Shown one piece after another: positions 27,057 through 34,968 of a DNA stretch of 63,032 bases (position 1 is its first letter; the number at the start of each line of letters is the position of its first letter). The position numbers and the translations under genes are program-made. The DNA lies in the IMG/VR virus record IMGVR_UViG_3300035668_000048, positions 1 through 63,032 of that record. One strand, 5' to 3'. Origin of the DNA: a virus. Lineage: Duplodnaviria; Caudoviricetes. Below the pieces are notes generated by a model. That model was not told the origin of the DNA. It saw only the letters and a list, made by a program, of their open reading frames with translations, and searched no databases.

Positions 27057-27752
27057 ATGGCTAAGGCACCTGCAAAGAAAGAGAACGTCGCGATTGAGCT
27101 TCCCAAGCTCGATCTGCAAACGATGGAAGTGACGCTGATCGGCGATAGCCCGCTGATCGTCCACGCGTGGTCGATGAAGGCGAAAAAGGAAATGCTCGGC
27201 AAGCAGATGAAAGAGGCAACCGGCGCCAAAGAGGCGAAAGAGCCGGAAGCTGATTTTCAAGCGTCAATGTACAGGCTGGCGGACGGCGGGCACGGCTTCC
27301 CGAGTGTGGCGTTCAAGAATGCTGCTGTCACGGCCGGAACGTCCGTTGCGGGGCTGACAAAGATTGCCGCGCGCCAAGCATTCCACATCGTCGGGGAGGA
27401 TGTTGATATCCGCGGCGCGTTTGTCGGCGCTATGTCACGAACGAATCTTGTTCGGATCGAGGGTGACAACCCACAAATCCGCGAGGACATGGTTCGCGTC
27501 GGCATGGGGACGGCGGACCTCCGCTACCGCGCCGAATACCCGTCGTGGCACACCAAGATCGTTGTGCGGTTCAACGCCAACGTACTCTCTCCCGCGCAAA
27601 TTCTGAATCTGCTTAACACCGCCGGCTTCGCCGTTGGTGTCGGTGAGTGGCGCCCGGAGCGCGACGGTCAATATGGGCTTTTCCACGTCGCTACCGAAGT
27701 GGAGATGAAAGCCCTCAACAAACCCAAATCGAAACTCAGGAGAGTCGCATAA
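27057..27752 (+). CDS. Stand-alone RAMP/Cas7-like protein
   Basis: EVTLIGDSPLIVH (beta1), GFPSVAFKNA (cf. IPGSSLKG), C-terminal Gly-rich loop GVGEWRPERDGQYGLF. Confidence 0.75.
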   Translation: MAKAPAKKENVAIELPKLDLQTMEVTLIGDSPLIVHAWSMKAKKEMLGKQMKEATGAKEAKEPEADFQASMYRLADGGHGFPSVAFKNAAVTAGTSVAGLTKIAARQAFHIVGEDVDIRGAFVGAMSRTNLVRIEGDNPQIREDMVRVGMGTADLRYRAEYPSWHTKIVVRFNANVLSPAQILNLLNTAGFAVGVGEWRPERDGQYGLFHVATEVEMKALNKPKSKLRRVA

Positions 27753-28264
27753 TGAAAATCGCTGGTTACGAATTTGCGGAGAACAGCCGGTTTCAGCCGG
27801 GCGCTGTTCTCCAGGCAAAAGATGTAGGGAGCCGACTTGAAGAACTTCGAAAGAAGTTTAAGGGCGAGCTAACTCCGAAGGATGTTGTGGACGACGCGCG
27901 AAGCAAGAGGTCGCCTCTTCATTCATTTTTCGAATGGAACGATAGCGGGGCGGCGGAAGCCTTTCGCCTTACTCAGGCGCGCGGACTTATCCGGTCGGTA
28001 GTGGCGATCTACACTCACACTGATAAGCCGGCAACGCGCTTGCGTGCCTTTGTGCATATTCCGGAACCAGGGGCACCGCACTATCGTGAGCTATCCGACG
28101 CGATGAGTAAGACGGCTACGCGCACTTTAATACTTCAGCGCGCGTGGCGAGAACTTACCGCGTGGCGGCAACGATACCAAGACCTCAAAGACTTTTCCGA
28201 TTTGTTCAAGAAGATTGAGGAGATCGAGAGAAACCCACCCAAGGCGTTAAAGGCCGTCAGTTAG
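27752..28264 (+). CDS. Accessory protein coupled to the RAMP-like gene
   Basis: TAATG overlap; LTPKDVVDDAR...PLHSFFEWNDSGAAEAFRLTQARGLI motif; 170 aa. Confidence 0.8.
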   Translation: MKIAGYEFAENSRFQPGAVLQAKDVGSRLEELRKKFKGELTPKDVVDDARSKRSPLHSFFEWNDSGAAEAFRLTQARGLIRSVVAIYTHTDKPATRLRAFVHIPEPGAPHYRELSDAMSKTATRTLILQRAWRELTAWRQRYQDLKDFSDLFKKIEEIERNPPKALKAVS

Positions 28265-28273
28265 TTCGTACAA

Positions 28274-28627
28274 GGCAGGCAAGGCCGGGCTTGGTTGGGA
28301 AATGCCGTAGCCTCAACAGAGTGAGGCGCGGTCGGCATGGCGAGTTGTGTTGTGGTGTGTATTGGCAAGTTTAGGCTGGGCAGGCATGGCAAGTCGCGTT
28401 GCTGCTGGTAACGGCAAGGAATGGTTGCGCGAGTTACGGATGCTTTTTGGGCGAGGCAGGCAAGGTGAGGTGCGGTCGGGCGAGGTGAGGCATGTTGAGT
28501 TCGGGTTTGGAATGGCTGGCAAGGCAAGCTGCGTTCAGGCGGGATCTGGCAAGTCGTGTTTCGGCAGGCGAGGCGACGTGAGGCTGGTTCTGGTTTGTAT
28601 TGGCGTGGCGCGGATGGCAGGCGAGTT
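28274..28627 (+). repeat. Non-coding pentamer-periodic (NN-GGY) array; candidate guide-RNA array
   Basis: Strict 5-nt period over most of its length; GGC(A/T)GGC-type markers at 28274, 28330, 28379, 28455, 28514, 28563 and 28616. Confidence 0.85.
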
Positions 28628-28642
28628 CACAAAGGCAGATGA

Positions 28643-28945
28643 ATGGCTGACGTAACCGGACCCATCTCAACACTATCGGGCGCGCACCATGCGGTGCCGG
28701 ACGAAAAGCACAGCCGCATGACCACCTCTCCCCGCCATAGCTGGGGCGCGCGAGTACCGTTTCCGCTTGCGCATAAGACGGAACGCGTCTGCAAAAAATG
28801 CGGACTCGTGAAGGTGACGAAACACGAGTCGGAAGGTCCGCGCGATTTTCACTGGCCTGAATTCTGGCGCGGACTCGACAAGATAGAATCAAGAAACACG
28901 CCTGCATGTATTTCTGTCTCCCTTGAAGTGGGGAGGGCGGCTTGA
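28643..28945 (+). CDS. Hypothetical Zn-ribbon protein
   Basis: HSWG...ERVCKKCGLVKVTKHE; first 20 aa identical to ORF 10174-10563. Confidence 0.6.
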   Translation: MADVTGPISTLSGAHHAVPDEKHSRMTTSPRHSWGARVPFPLAHKTERVCKKCGLVKVTKHESEGPRDFHWPEFWRGLDKIESRNTPACISVSLEVGRAA

Positions 28946-30417
28946 GGTATCTCAGCGTTTGCTCGGGAATCGAAGCGGCGACGGTTGCATGGCATCCGAT
29001 CGGCTGGTCGCCGGTTGCGTTCGCCGAGATCGAGAAATTCCCCAGCGCCGTTTTGGCTCATCACTACGGCAGCAACATGCCAGGCCAGCCGCTATCAACC
29101 AACGGTGTTCCGAATTTCGGCGACATCACGAAATTCAAGGATTGGCCGGATGCAACACTCGATGTTCTCGTTGGAGGCACCCCCTGCCAGTCGTTCTCGG
29201 TCGCAGGATTACGTCAAGGCCTGGCTGACCCTCGCGGAAACCTCTGCCTCACCTACCTTGCGATCGCTGACCGCTATCGCCCCGAGTGGATTCTCTGGGA
29301 GAATGTCCCCGGCGTCCTGTCGAGTGACGGAGGACGGGATTTTGGAGCCTTCCTCGGGGGACTGGGGCAACTCGGGTATGGGTGGAGTTACCGGGTTCTC
29401 GATGCGCAATATGTGCGAGTGGACGGGTTTGGACGGGCTGTCCCTCAAAGACGAAGGCGTGTGTTCGTTGTCGGAAATCTTAGAGACTGGCGACGTGCCG
29501 CGGCAGTATTATTTGAGCGCGAAAGCCTGCAAGGGAATACTCCGCCGCGCCGCGAAGCGGGGCAAGGATTTGCCGGCGCAACTGGCAACGGCGCTACAGG
29601 CTATCGCGAAACAGGACAGGGATGGTGGACTGAAGGAATCGCCGGCTTAAGGGCTGATCCTGGCGGGATGCCTGAAAACGTGGTCGCGCACTCACTCCGC
29701 GCCGAAGGCTTCGACACATCGGAAGATGGAACGGGGCGTGGTACGCCGCTCATTCCTATTGATATGCGACAAGCCTCACGCGGTGACCGCATGACAAATA
29801 ATCGCGCCGACGGTTCGAGCGGCGGCGCTCCCGGCACCGGCATTGGGAAGGACGGCGACCCTTCGCCGACAATCGCGAGTTCGCATATTCCAGCCATCGC
29901 GTTCGCACAAAATCAGCGCGACGAATTAAGAGAGATGGACGTAGCCGGGGCTCTCGCCGCAGAGCCGGGAATGAAGCAGCAGACCTATCTCGCCTTCCAG
30001 AGTAAGGCATCGGCAACGCAAAGCATGGCGCCTGGCGTCGTCACCCCGTCAATTGACGTTGGAAAATGTGATGGTCTAGCCGTAGCATTCGATATGCGCG
30101 GCCGTGAAGGCGGTTCGCAATTCGAGGGGCCGCACGACACTGCCAACATCCGCGCCGCGTCAGGCGGCTCTAGCCGGAGCTACGTAGCCCAGACATGGGC
30201 TGTGCGCCGGTTGATTCCTGATGAGTGCGAAAAATTGCAGGGCTTCAAGCCTGGCTACACCAACATCCCATGGCGCGGAAAGAACGGCGCGCCTGACGGC
30301 CCGCGCTACAAGGCGCTCGGGAATAGTATGGCCGTAAATGTGATGCGATGGCTCGGCACACGGATTCAGATGGTGTCAGAAATTGCGGACGCTCAAGCAT
30401 ATGAGGCCGCAGAATGA
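28942..30417 (+). CDS. DNA cytosine-5 methyltransferase
   Basis: YLSVCSGIEA, GGTPCQSFS, WENVPG, QRRRRVF, RYKALGNS. Confidence 0.93.
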   Translation: MRYLSVCSGIEAATVAWHPIGWSPVAFAEIEKFPSAVLAHHYGSNMPGQPLSTNGVPNFGDITKFKDWPDATLDVLVGGTPCQSFSVAGLRQGLADPRGNLCLTYLAIADRYRPEWILWENVPGVLSSDGGRDFGAFLGGLGQLGYGWSYRVLDAQYVRVDGFGRAVPQRRRRVFVVGNLRDWRRAAAVLFERESLQGNTPPRREAGQGFAGATGNGATGYRETGQGWWTEGIAGLRADPGGMPENVVAHSLRAEGFDTSEDGTGRGTPLIPIDMRQASRGDRMTNNRADGSSGGAPGTGIGKDGDPSPTIASSHIPAIAFAQNQRDELREMDVAGALAAEPGMKQQTYLAFQSKASATQSMAPGVVTPSIDVGKCDGLAVAFDMRGREGGSQFEGPHDTANIRAASGGSSRSYVAQTWAVRRLIPDECEKLQGFKPGYTNIPWRGKNGAPDGPRYKALGNSMAVNVMRWLGTRIQMVSEIADAQAYEAAE

Positions 30418-30629
30418 CCGCAGCAAAACGACTGGCGCTAAAAATCGACATGGCAAAAAGATTGGCGGACGACCTTGACGCCAGAAACCTTGGAACGATC
30501 GTTATCTGCGCGCGCGACAATAAGATTATCGGAGGCAACGCTTTAATAATAGAAGCGCTCCGATATTTCATCGCCGCAAAATCCGCAGCAACCCAAGCCA
30601 TAGCGACTGAGAGGGTGGAATGTCCGTAG
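30414..30629 (+). CDS. Hypothetical protein
   Basis: Operon chain. Confidence 0.5.
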   Translation: MTAAKRLALKIDMAKRLADDLDARNLGTIVICARDNKIIGGNALIIEALRYFIAAKSAATQAIATERVECP

Positions 30630-30844
30630 AAATGACGAAACTCGGCGTATTCGACTGCCAAGTCTGTGCGCCAGAAGATTTCACAGACGCGCAAGCCGTA
30701 GCTTTCGCGGAAGAAAAATTTCCGTGTGGCACACAAGCCGGCTGGACGATCAGACGCGCGGGAGACAAATCGCTAAACGGTTGCGCAGAACGCGTCCCGT
30801 GCGCGTCTAGGCCGCGCCACGTCCATATTATGCTGGACGCCTAG
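30620..30844 (+). CDS. Hypothetical phage protein
   Basis: QVCAPEDFTD...PCGT..GW...ERVPC. Confidence 0.7.
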   Translation: MSVEMTKLGVFDCQVCAPEDFTDAQAVAFAEEKFPCGTQAGWTIRRAGDKSLNGCAERVPCASRPRHVHIMLDA

Positions 30845-30903
30845 CGATGAAACCCATCTCAATCCAACCCCTCCGTGACGCGCTAAAGGCTGGGAAGATC
30901 TGA

Positions 30904-31806
30904 ATGAGCCGTTGGCTCCGAATAAACGAGGACTGCATAGACCATCCGAAGCTCTTGAAGCTCCCGGAGGCGTTGCGCTGGCAATGGTTGGCGCTGCTAT
31001 GCGTCGCATCCAAGAATGACGGAGTGTTGCCGGCGATCGATGACGTCGCGCTCTGTCTCCGTGTGACCGAGGCCAAGGCCGCCGAGTACATCACCAAACT
31101 CGTAAAAGCGAAGTTGATCGACCACGATGGTGATGTTTTCGTTCCCCACAACTGGACAAAGCGTCAGTTCAAGTCCGACTCATCAACAGACCGGGTGAAA
31201 CGTCATCGTGAGAAGCAACGAAACGCTCCGTGTAACGTTTCAGGAAACGTTTCATCTAGTGTTTCAGAAACAGTTACTGAAACGGCCCCACAGCAGAGCA
31301 GATCAGATTCAGAGCAGAGCACAGCAGACGCCCGCGCGCTTGATGAAATTGGTTTGAAGAACGAAAAAGCATTAAGTGCCCTGTTTACAGCGCTTTGTAT
31401 CAATCTCAACCGCTCGCCACCGGACCTGAGACCTATCAAAATCTGGCTTCTCGACGGTATAGCGATGGGCACTATTTCAACCATCGTGACACCAATTCTG
31501 AAGCGCAAAGCCGATATGGCGTCGTTGGGATACTGCGATGCCGCCGTGCGTGAAGCACATTCTAAGCTTGCTCCGGTCAGCTTTCAAATCGTGCCGCCTG
31601 GAGAATTCATCGTCGAGGGCACGCTGGAATGGGCTTGCTGGGATCGACATCTTCGCGAGACCACGGGGCGCGGCTCGCCGGTCACGGACAGCCGGCATGA
31701 GGAAGGTATCCGCCGCGGCTGGTGGCGCCCGACTCGCGTCCCGCCAGGCTACGACGAAGCAACCGGAGAACGTATTCCCGTCCGATCAGAGGAGGATGCA
31801 GCATGA
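30904..31806 (+). CDS. Phage replication initiation protein
   Basis: WLRINEDCIDHPKL N-terminus; HNWTKRQ...STDRVKRHREK; internal iteron-like linker. Confidence 0.8.
   Translation: MSRWLRINEDCIDHPKLLKLPEALRWQWLALLCVASKNDGVLPAIDDVALCLRVTEAKAAEYITKLVKAKLIDHDGDVFVPHNWTKRQFKSDSSTDRVKRHREKQRNAPCNVSGNVSSSVSETVTETAPQQSRSDSEQSTADARALDEIGLKNEKALSALFTALCINLNRSPPDLRPIKIWLLDGIAMGTISTIVTPILKRKADMASLGYCDAAVREAHSKLAPVSFQIVPPGEFIVEGTLEWACWDRHLRETTGRGSPVTDSRHEEGIRRGWWRPTRVPPGYDEATGERIPVRSEEDAA
31231..31284. repeat. 12-bp-period iterons; probable replication origin
   Basis: GTTTCA at 31237, 31249 and 31261 and GTTACT at 31273, interleaved with GAAAC. Confidence 0.6.
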
Positions 31807-32063
31807 CGAAAGTACCCGGATACGATATCGGCATGGAAGAAGCGGCGGAAATCGCTGCGCCGCTCGTTCCAATAAACGCCGTCACCAAACAAGAGCAGGC
31901 GCTGCAATTGTATATTCGCGGTGTCGAACGGCAGGCTGAGCGGCGCGCAATCGAAGTTTGTGCAAGGCTGGCCGAGGGTCACCAGCAACCAAATCTTGCG
32001 GAAGCGATGCGTCGTCTTCCGATACCGGTCAACTATCTTCCAACATCAGATGAGGCTGCGTGA
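31803..32063 (+). CDS. Hypothetical protein
   Basis: ATGA overlap; RBS. Confidence 0.55.
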   Translation: MTKVPGYDIGMEEAAEIAAPLVPINAVTKQEQALQLYIRGVERQAERRAIEVCARLAEGHQQPNLAEAMRRLPIPVNYLPTSDEAA

Positions 32064-32263
32064 TGCCAGACGCTCCGGCTGATTATGGAATTCGCGGCTG
32101 GCGCTCAACAGGCCGAAAGCGTGTTGTTTGCGGTTGGTTTCGGACCCGCGTCGAGGAATTTTGGGAACACGAATCCGGACGTGCTGAGTGGCGGCGATAT
32201 TCAGGTGTGTTCTACATCGAATCGTCGGATAGCGCTCGTCCTATTCGGCCTAGCTCGCAATAG
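32060..32263 (+). CDS. Hypothetical protein
   Basis: Operon chain. Confidence 0.45.
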   Translation: MMPDAPADYGIRGWRSTGRKRVVCGWFRTRVEEFWEHESGRAEWRRYSGVFYIESSDSARPIRPSSQ

Positions 32264-32276
32264 AGGGAGAGAGAAA

Positions 32277-33167
32277 ATGGAATCGTGGAAACCTGATCTT
32301 TGCATCTACCACGGCAGTTGCGACGACGGATTCGGAGCGGCGTGGGTTGTTCACAAGGCGTTCGGCGACGACGTTGAGTTCTTTGCCGGCGTGTACGGCA
32401 AAGAGCCGCCGAACGTCGCTGGCAAGAATGTGCTGATGGTCGATTTCAGTTACAAGCGCCCCGTCATTGACGATATGATTCGGTCGGGCGACGTCAATCA
32501 AGCGATGACGCTTCTGATTTTGGATCACCACAAGACGGCCGCATCCGATCTCACTGGGATTGAAAAACCGGAAGGTGGTTACGACCCGTATGTGTGGCGC
32601 AGCAAGTGGGAAGGTGCGATGCAATGGCCTGTCCGCGCCGTGTTCGATATGGAGCGGTCAGGCGCGCAAATCGCGTGGGATTATTTCTTCGATAGAAAAC
32701 CACGGCCCTTAATGATCGACCTTATCGGCGATCGTGATCTTTGGCGTTTCCAATACGGCGACACCACCAAGCAGTTTTCGGCTGCACTCCGAACGTACCC
32801 TATGACGTTTGAAGTGTGGGACCAGATTGCGAGCAACCCGGACGGCTTGATAGAGGAAGGCAAAGGCATCCTGCGAGCGCACAACGCCAACATAGAGAAA
32901 TTCGTGGCGGACAGATATCTCGACGTGATCGACAACATGACGGTTCCGGTTGTCAACGTCCCATATCACTATGCAAGCGATACAGCGCATGCCCTGCTAC
33001 AAAAATGTCCGGAAGCTCCATTCGCGGCTTGCTGGTTTCGGCGCGGCGATGGGATGATCCAGTACTCACTGCGTTCGGAGGATTCGCGCGTTGACGTTTC
33101 CGAGGTCGCCAAGAAGTTCGGCGGCGGCGGACATCGTAACGCGGCGGGATATCAGGTCGCGCCGTAA
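32277..33167 (+). CDS. DHH/DHHA1 phosphoesterase
   Basis: CIYHGSCDDGFGAAW, MVDFS, LDHHKT, DRDLW, GGGGHRNAAG. Confidence 0.9.
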   Translation: MESWKPDLCIYHGSCDDGFGAAWVVHKAFGDDVEFFAGVYGKEPPNVAGKNVLMVDFSYKRPVIDDMIRSGDVNQAMTLLILDHHKTAASDLTGIEKPEGGYDPYVWRSKWEGAMQWPVRAVFDMERSGAQIAWDYFFDRKPRPLMIDLIGDRDLWRFQYGDTTKQFSAALRTYPMTFEVWDQIASNPDGLIEEGKGILRAHNANIEKFVADRYLDVIDNMTVPVVNVPYHYASDTAHALLQKCPEAPFAACWFRRGDGMIQYSLRSEDSRVDVSEVAKKFGGGGHRNAAGYQVAP

Positions 33168-33219
33168 AATCGGATACCCACACACCCGCCCGTATTACAT
33201 CACAGGGGAGAGATGGAAA

Positions 33220-33504
33220 ATGAAGATCGAAGATATCAGGAAATACGAGTGGATGCTTCGCGAGCACCACACGTTAAAGCGCTTCATTCAAATCGAGTGT
33301 AAGGCAAGCTACATCGGAATCTATATTCCGACCGAATGGGAGATTGAAAAGGGGAGTCGCGACATGCTTCTCCCTCAAAGCATCCACCTTGATGACAAAA
33401 CCGCAATCGATGCGATCATGTCGCTGGCGCTGCCAGCCGCACGCAAGCGTGTTGCTGATATCGAAGCGGAGCTAACTAAAGCTGGGGTTGAATATGAGCG
33501 ATGA
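33220..33504 (+). CDS. Hypothetical protein
   Basis: RBS; operon chain. Confidence 0.55.
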   Translation: MKIEDIRKYEWMLREHHTLKRFIQIECKASYIGIYIPTEWEIEKGSRDMLLPQSIHLDDKTAIDAIMSLALPAARKRVADIEAELTKAGVEYER

Positions 33505-33688
33505 ATTCAAGGTTGGTGATTTGGTGACGCGCGATGGGACCGATATCCAGCGCGTTATTGAGGTCGGAGAATGCAACGATATCACGGTGGAGTGCATCAA
33601 GGCTCCGGATAGCGGATGGTGCAAGGTTGGTGAAGTGGAGTTGAACCTTGCGGGACGATATCAGCGAGTCGCGGGAGAGAAGAAATGA
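33494..33688 (+). CDS. Hypothetical protein (SH3/KOW-like)
   Basis: FKVGDLVTRDG motif. Confidence 0.6.
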   Translation: MSDEFKVGDLVTRDGTDIQRVIEVGECNDITVECIKAPDSGWCKVGEVELNLAGRYQRVAGEKK

Positions 33689-33930
33689 CGAGAGACGAAG
33701 CGATTTCAAGAGTCAGCCAAGCGTGTTTTGTTATGAACACCCGCCCGCCGGAAGGTTTTGCGGAATCATTTGTGACGGCGCTCGCCGAGCTGCATGGCAT
33801 CGCATTCGTGAAGCCAAAAACGTATTCCGAAAAGATTGAAGATGCACTGGCGAAGTTTACAGATCACTCGTCACCCGAGCATGTCTCTGCAGCATTCGAA
33901 GCTGTTGGCCTTCGAATCATTGAAAAGTAA
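33685..33930 (+). CDS. Hypothetical protein
   Basis: ATGA overlap. Confidence 0.55.
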   Translation: MTRDEAISRVSQACFVMNTRPPEGFAESFVTALAELHGIAFVKPKTYSEKIEDALAKFTDHSSPEHVSAAFEAVGLRIIEK

Positions 33931-34159
33931 AAATCCACGGCCCGCGTATCCGGCCAAAGTAAAATCGCATCACAGGGACAATGTAAGGGATACCGGAAGT
34001 GGATCAGGAAACAGAAATTCGTTGGTATGATGAGGTGGGCGTTGAAAGTGAAGCGTTGCGGAAATTCCGCAGGACTCTACCGCCGACCTATCGTGAGAAA
34101 CATAAGGCGGGGTATCCTGGCGAGCATTGGTTTCGAATGGAAACCCCGGGGTATACCGA

Positions 34160-34384
34160 ATGACTGCGGTCGCAGAAAAACCAGGTCTGACGCTGAAGCA
34201 GAAGATCGTCTGCGACCTCGTGGTGACCGGGCTATCCAGCAAAGAGATATCGAGGCGATTGGGCATAAGCAAGCGCACAGTCGATTCGCACCGTGTCGAG
34301 GTCTATCGCAAGAAAGGCGTGAAGAACGCCGTCGAACTCGTTCGACTCCTAATGACCGAAGAAGGGATCAAGGCTCATGGCTGA
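34160..34384 (+). CDS. LuxR-type HTH regulator (stand-alone)
   Basis: LTLKQ...GLSSKEISRRLGISKRTVDSHR...KNAVELVR. Confidence 0.88.
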   Translation: MTAVAEKPGLTLKQKIVCDLVVTGLSSKEISRRLGISKRTVDSHRVEVYRKKGVKNAVELVRLLMTEEGIKAHG

Positions 34385-34811
34385 TCAGTATTGGGCGGCG
34401 TGTCGGGCGACTCCAGGTCGCGAGCATCTGGTTCGGTCTGAGATTGAGAAGCTAAACCATGGCGCGATACTGCCGACCTACGCGAGGACATGGATATCCG
34501 ACGGCAAGGTAAGTTGCCGCGAAACCGTGCTGATGCCTGGCTATGTGTTCTTCAGAACAGAGCCAAAAGGGTGGGGTGCCGTCAGCAACATTGCTGGCGT
34601 TGAAGGTGTGCTGTCTTACGTAACAAAGGCAGACGATGTCATGGCGAAACGCGTCTCAGACGTGGAAATGGCACGTTTGATCGTTGGCGATTTCACCGGC
34701 GACCATGATTGCATCCAGACTGATCCGACTAGTGAGAGGCGCGAAAGAGTGAGGAGACGCCGCCCGCGACCGGGCAAGCGGATCAAGAAGCGCCACCGCG
34801 CGTCACCGTAG
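34377..34811 (+). CDS. NusG-like (NGN) late antiterminator
   Basis: WAACRATPGRE...LMPGYVFF...IAGVEGVL; Q-like position before the late genes. Confidence 0.8.
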   Translation: MADQYWAACRATPGREHLVRSEIEKLNHGAILPTYARTWISDGKVSCRETVLMPGYVFFRTEPKGWGAVSNIAGVEGVLSYVTKADDVMAKRVSDVEMARLIVGDFTGDHDCIQTDPTSERRERVRRRRPRPGKRIKKRHRASP

Positions 34812-34968
34812 AAATACGGTACCGTATTCATACGAATATGAAAGCACGGTCAACAATGTATCTTGCGGGCGCTTATGGCGCGATGTGGTACGGAATGTTA
34901 ACCGCCTTCCCGCGTTTGGTGGCAGATGGCTCAGAAAAAATGGTCTGAGCACGACGGGGAAATGCGCG

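Noticed and set aside
28521-28565. Segment 5 NN string (GC CA GG CT AA) matching the integrase AHGLK codons as a gapped self-target
   Set aside because: Only 5 of 9 dinucleotides match, which is expected by chance in 63 kb
28274-28627. Classical CRISPR array
   Set aside because: No 23-50-bp identical repeats with unique spacers; only 7-nt markers and internal pentamer periodicity
28261-28655. ORFs over the pentamer array (28347-28655 +, 28261-28527 -, 28313-28522 -)
   Set aside because: Low-complexity translations produced by the 5-nt G-rich period, with no RBS or coupling; a 5-nt period is incompatible with codon structure
28985-29650. 221-aa alternative-frame ORF inside the C5 methyltransferase
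   Set aside because: Fully nested in conserved MTase motifs, with no independent evidence of expression
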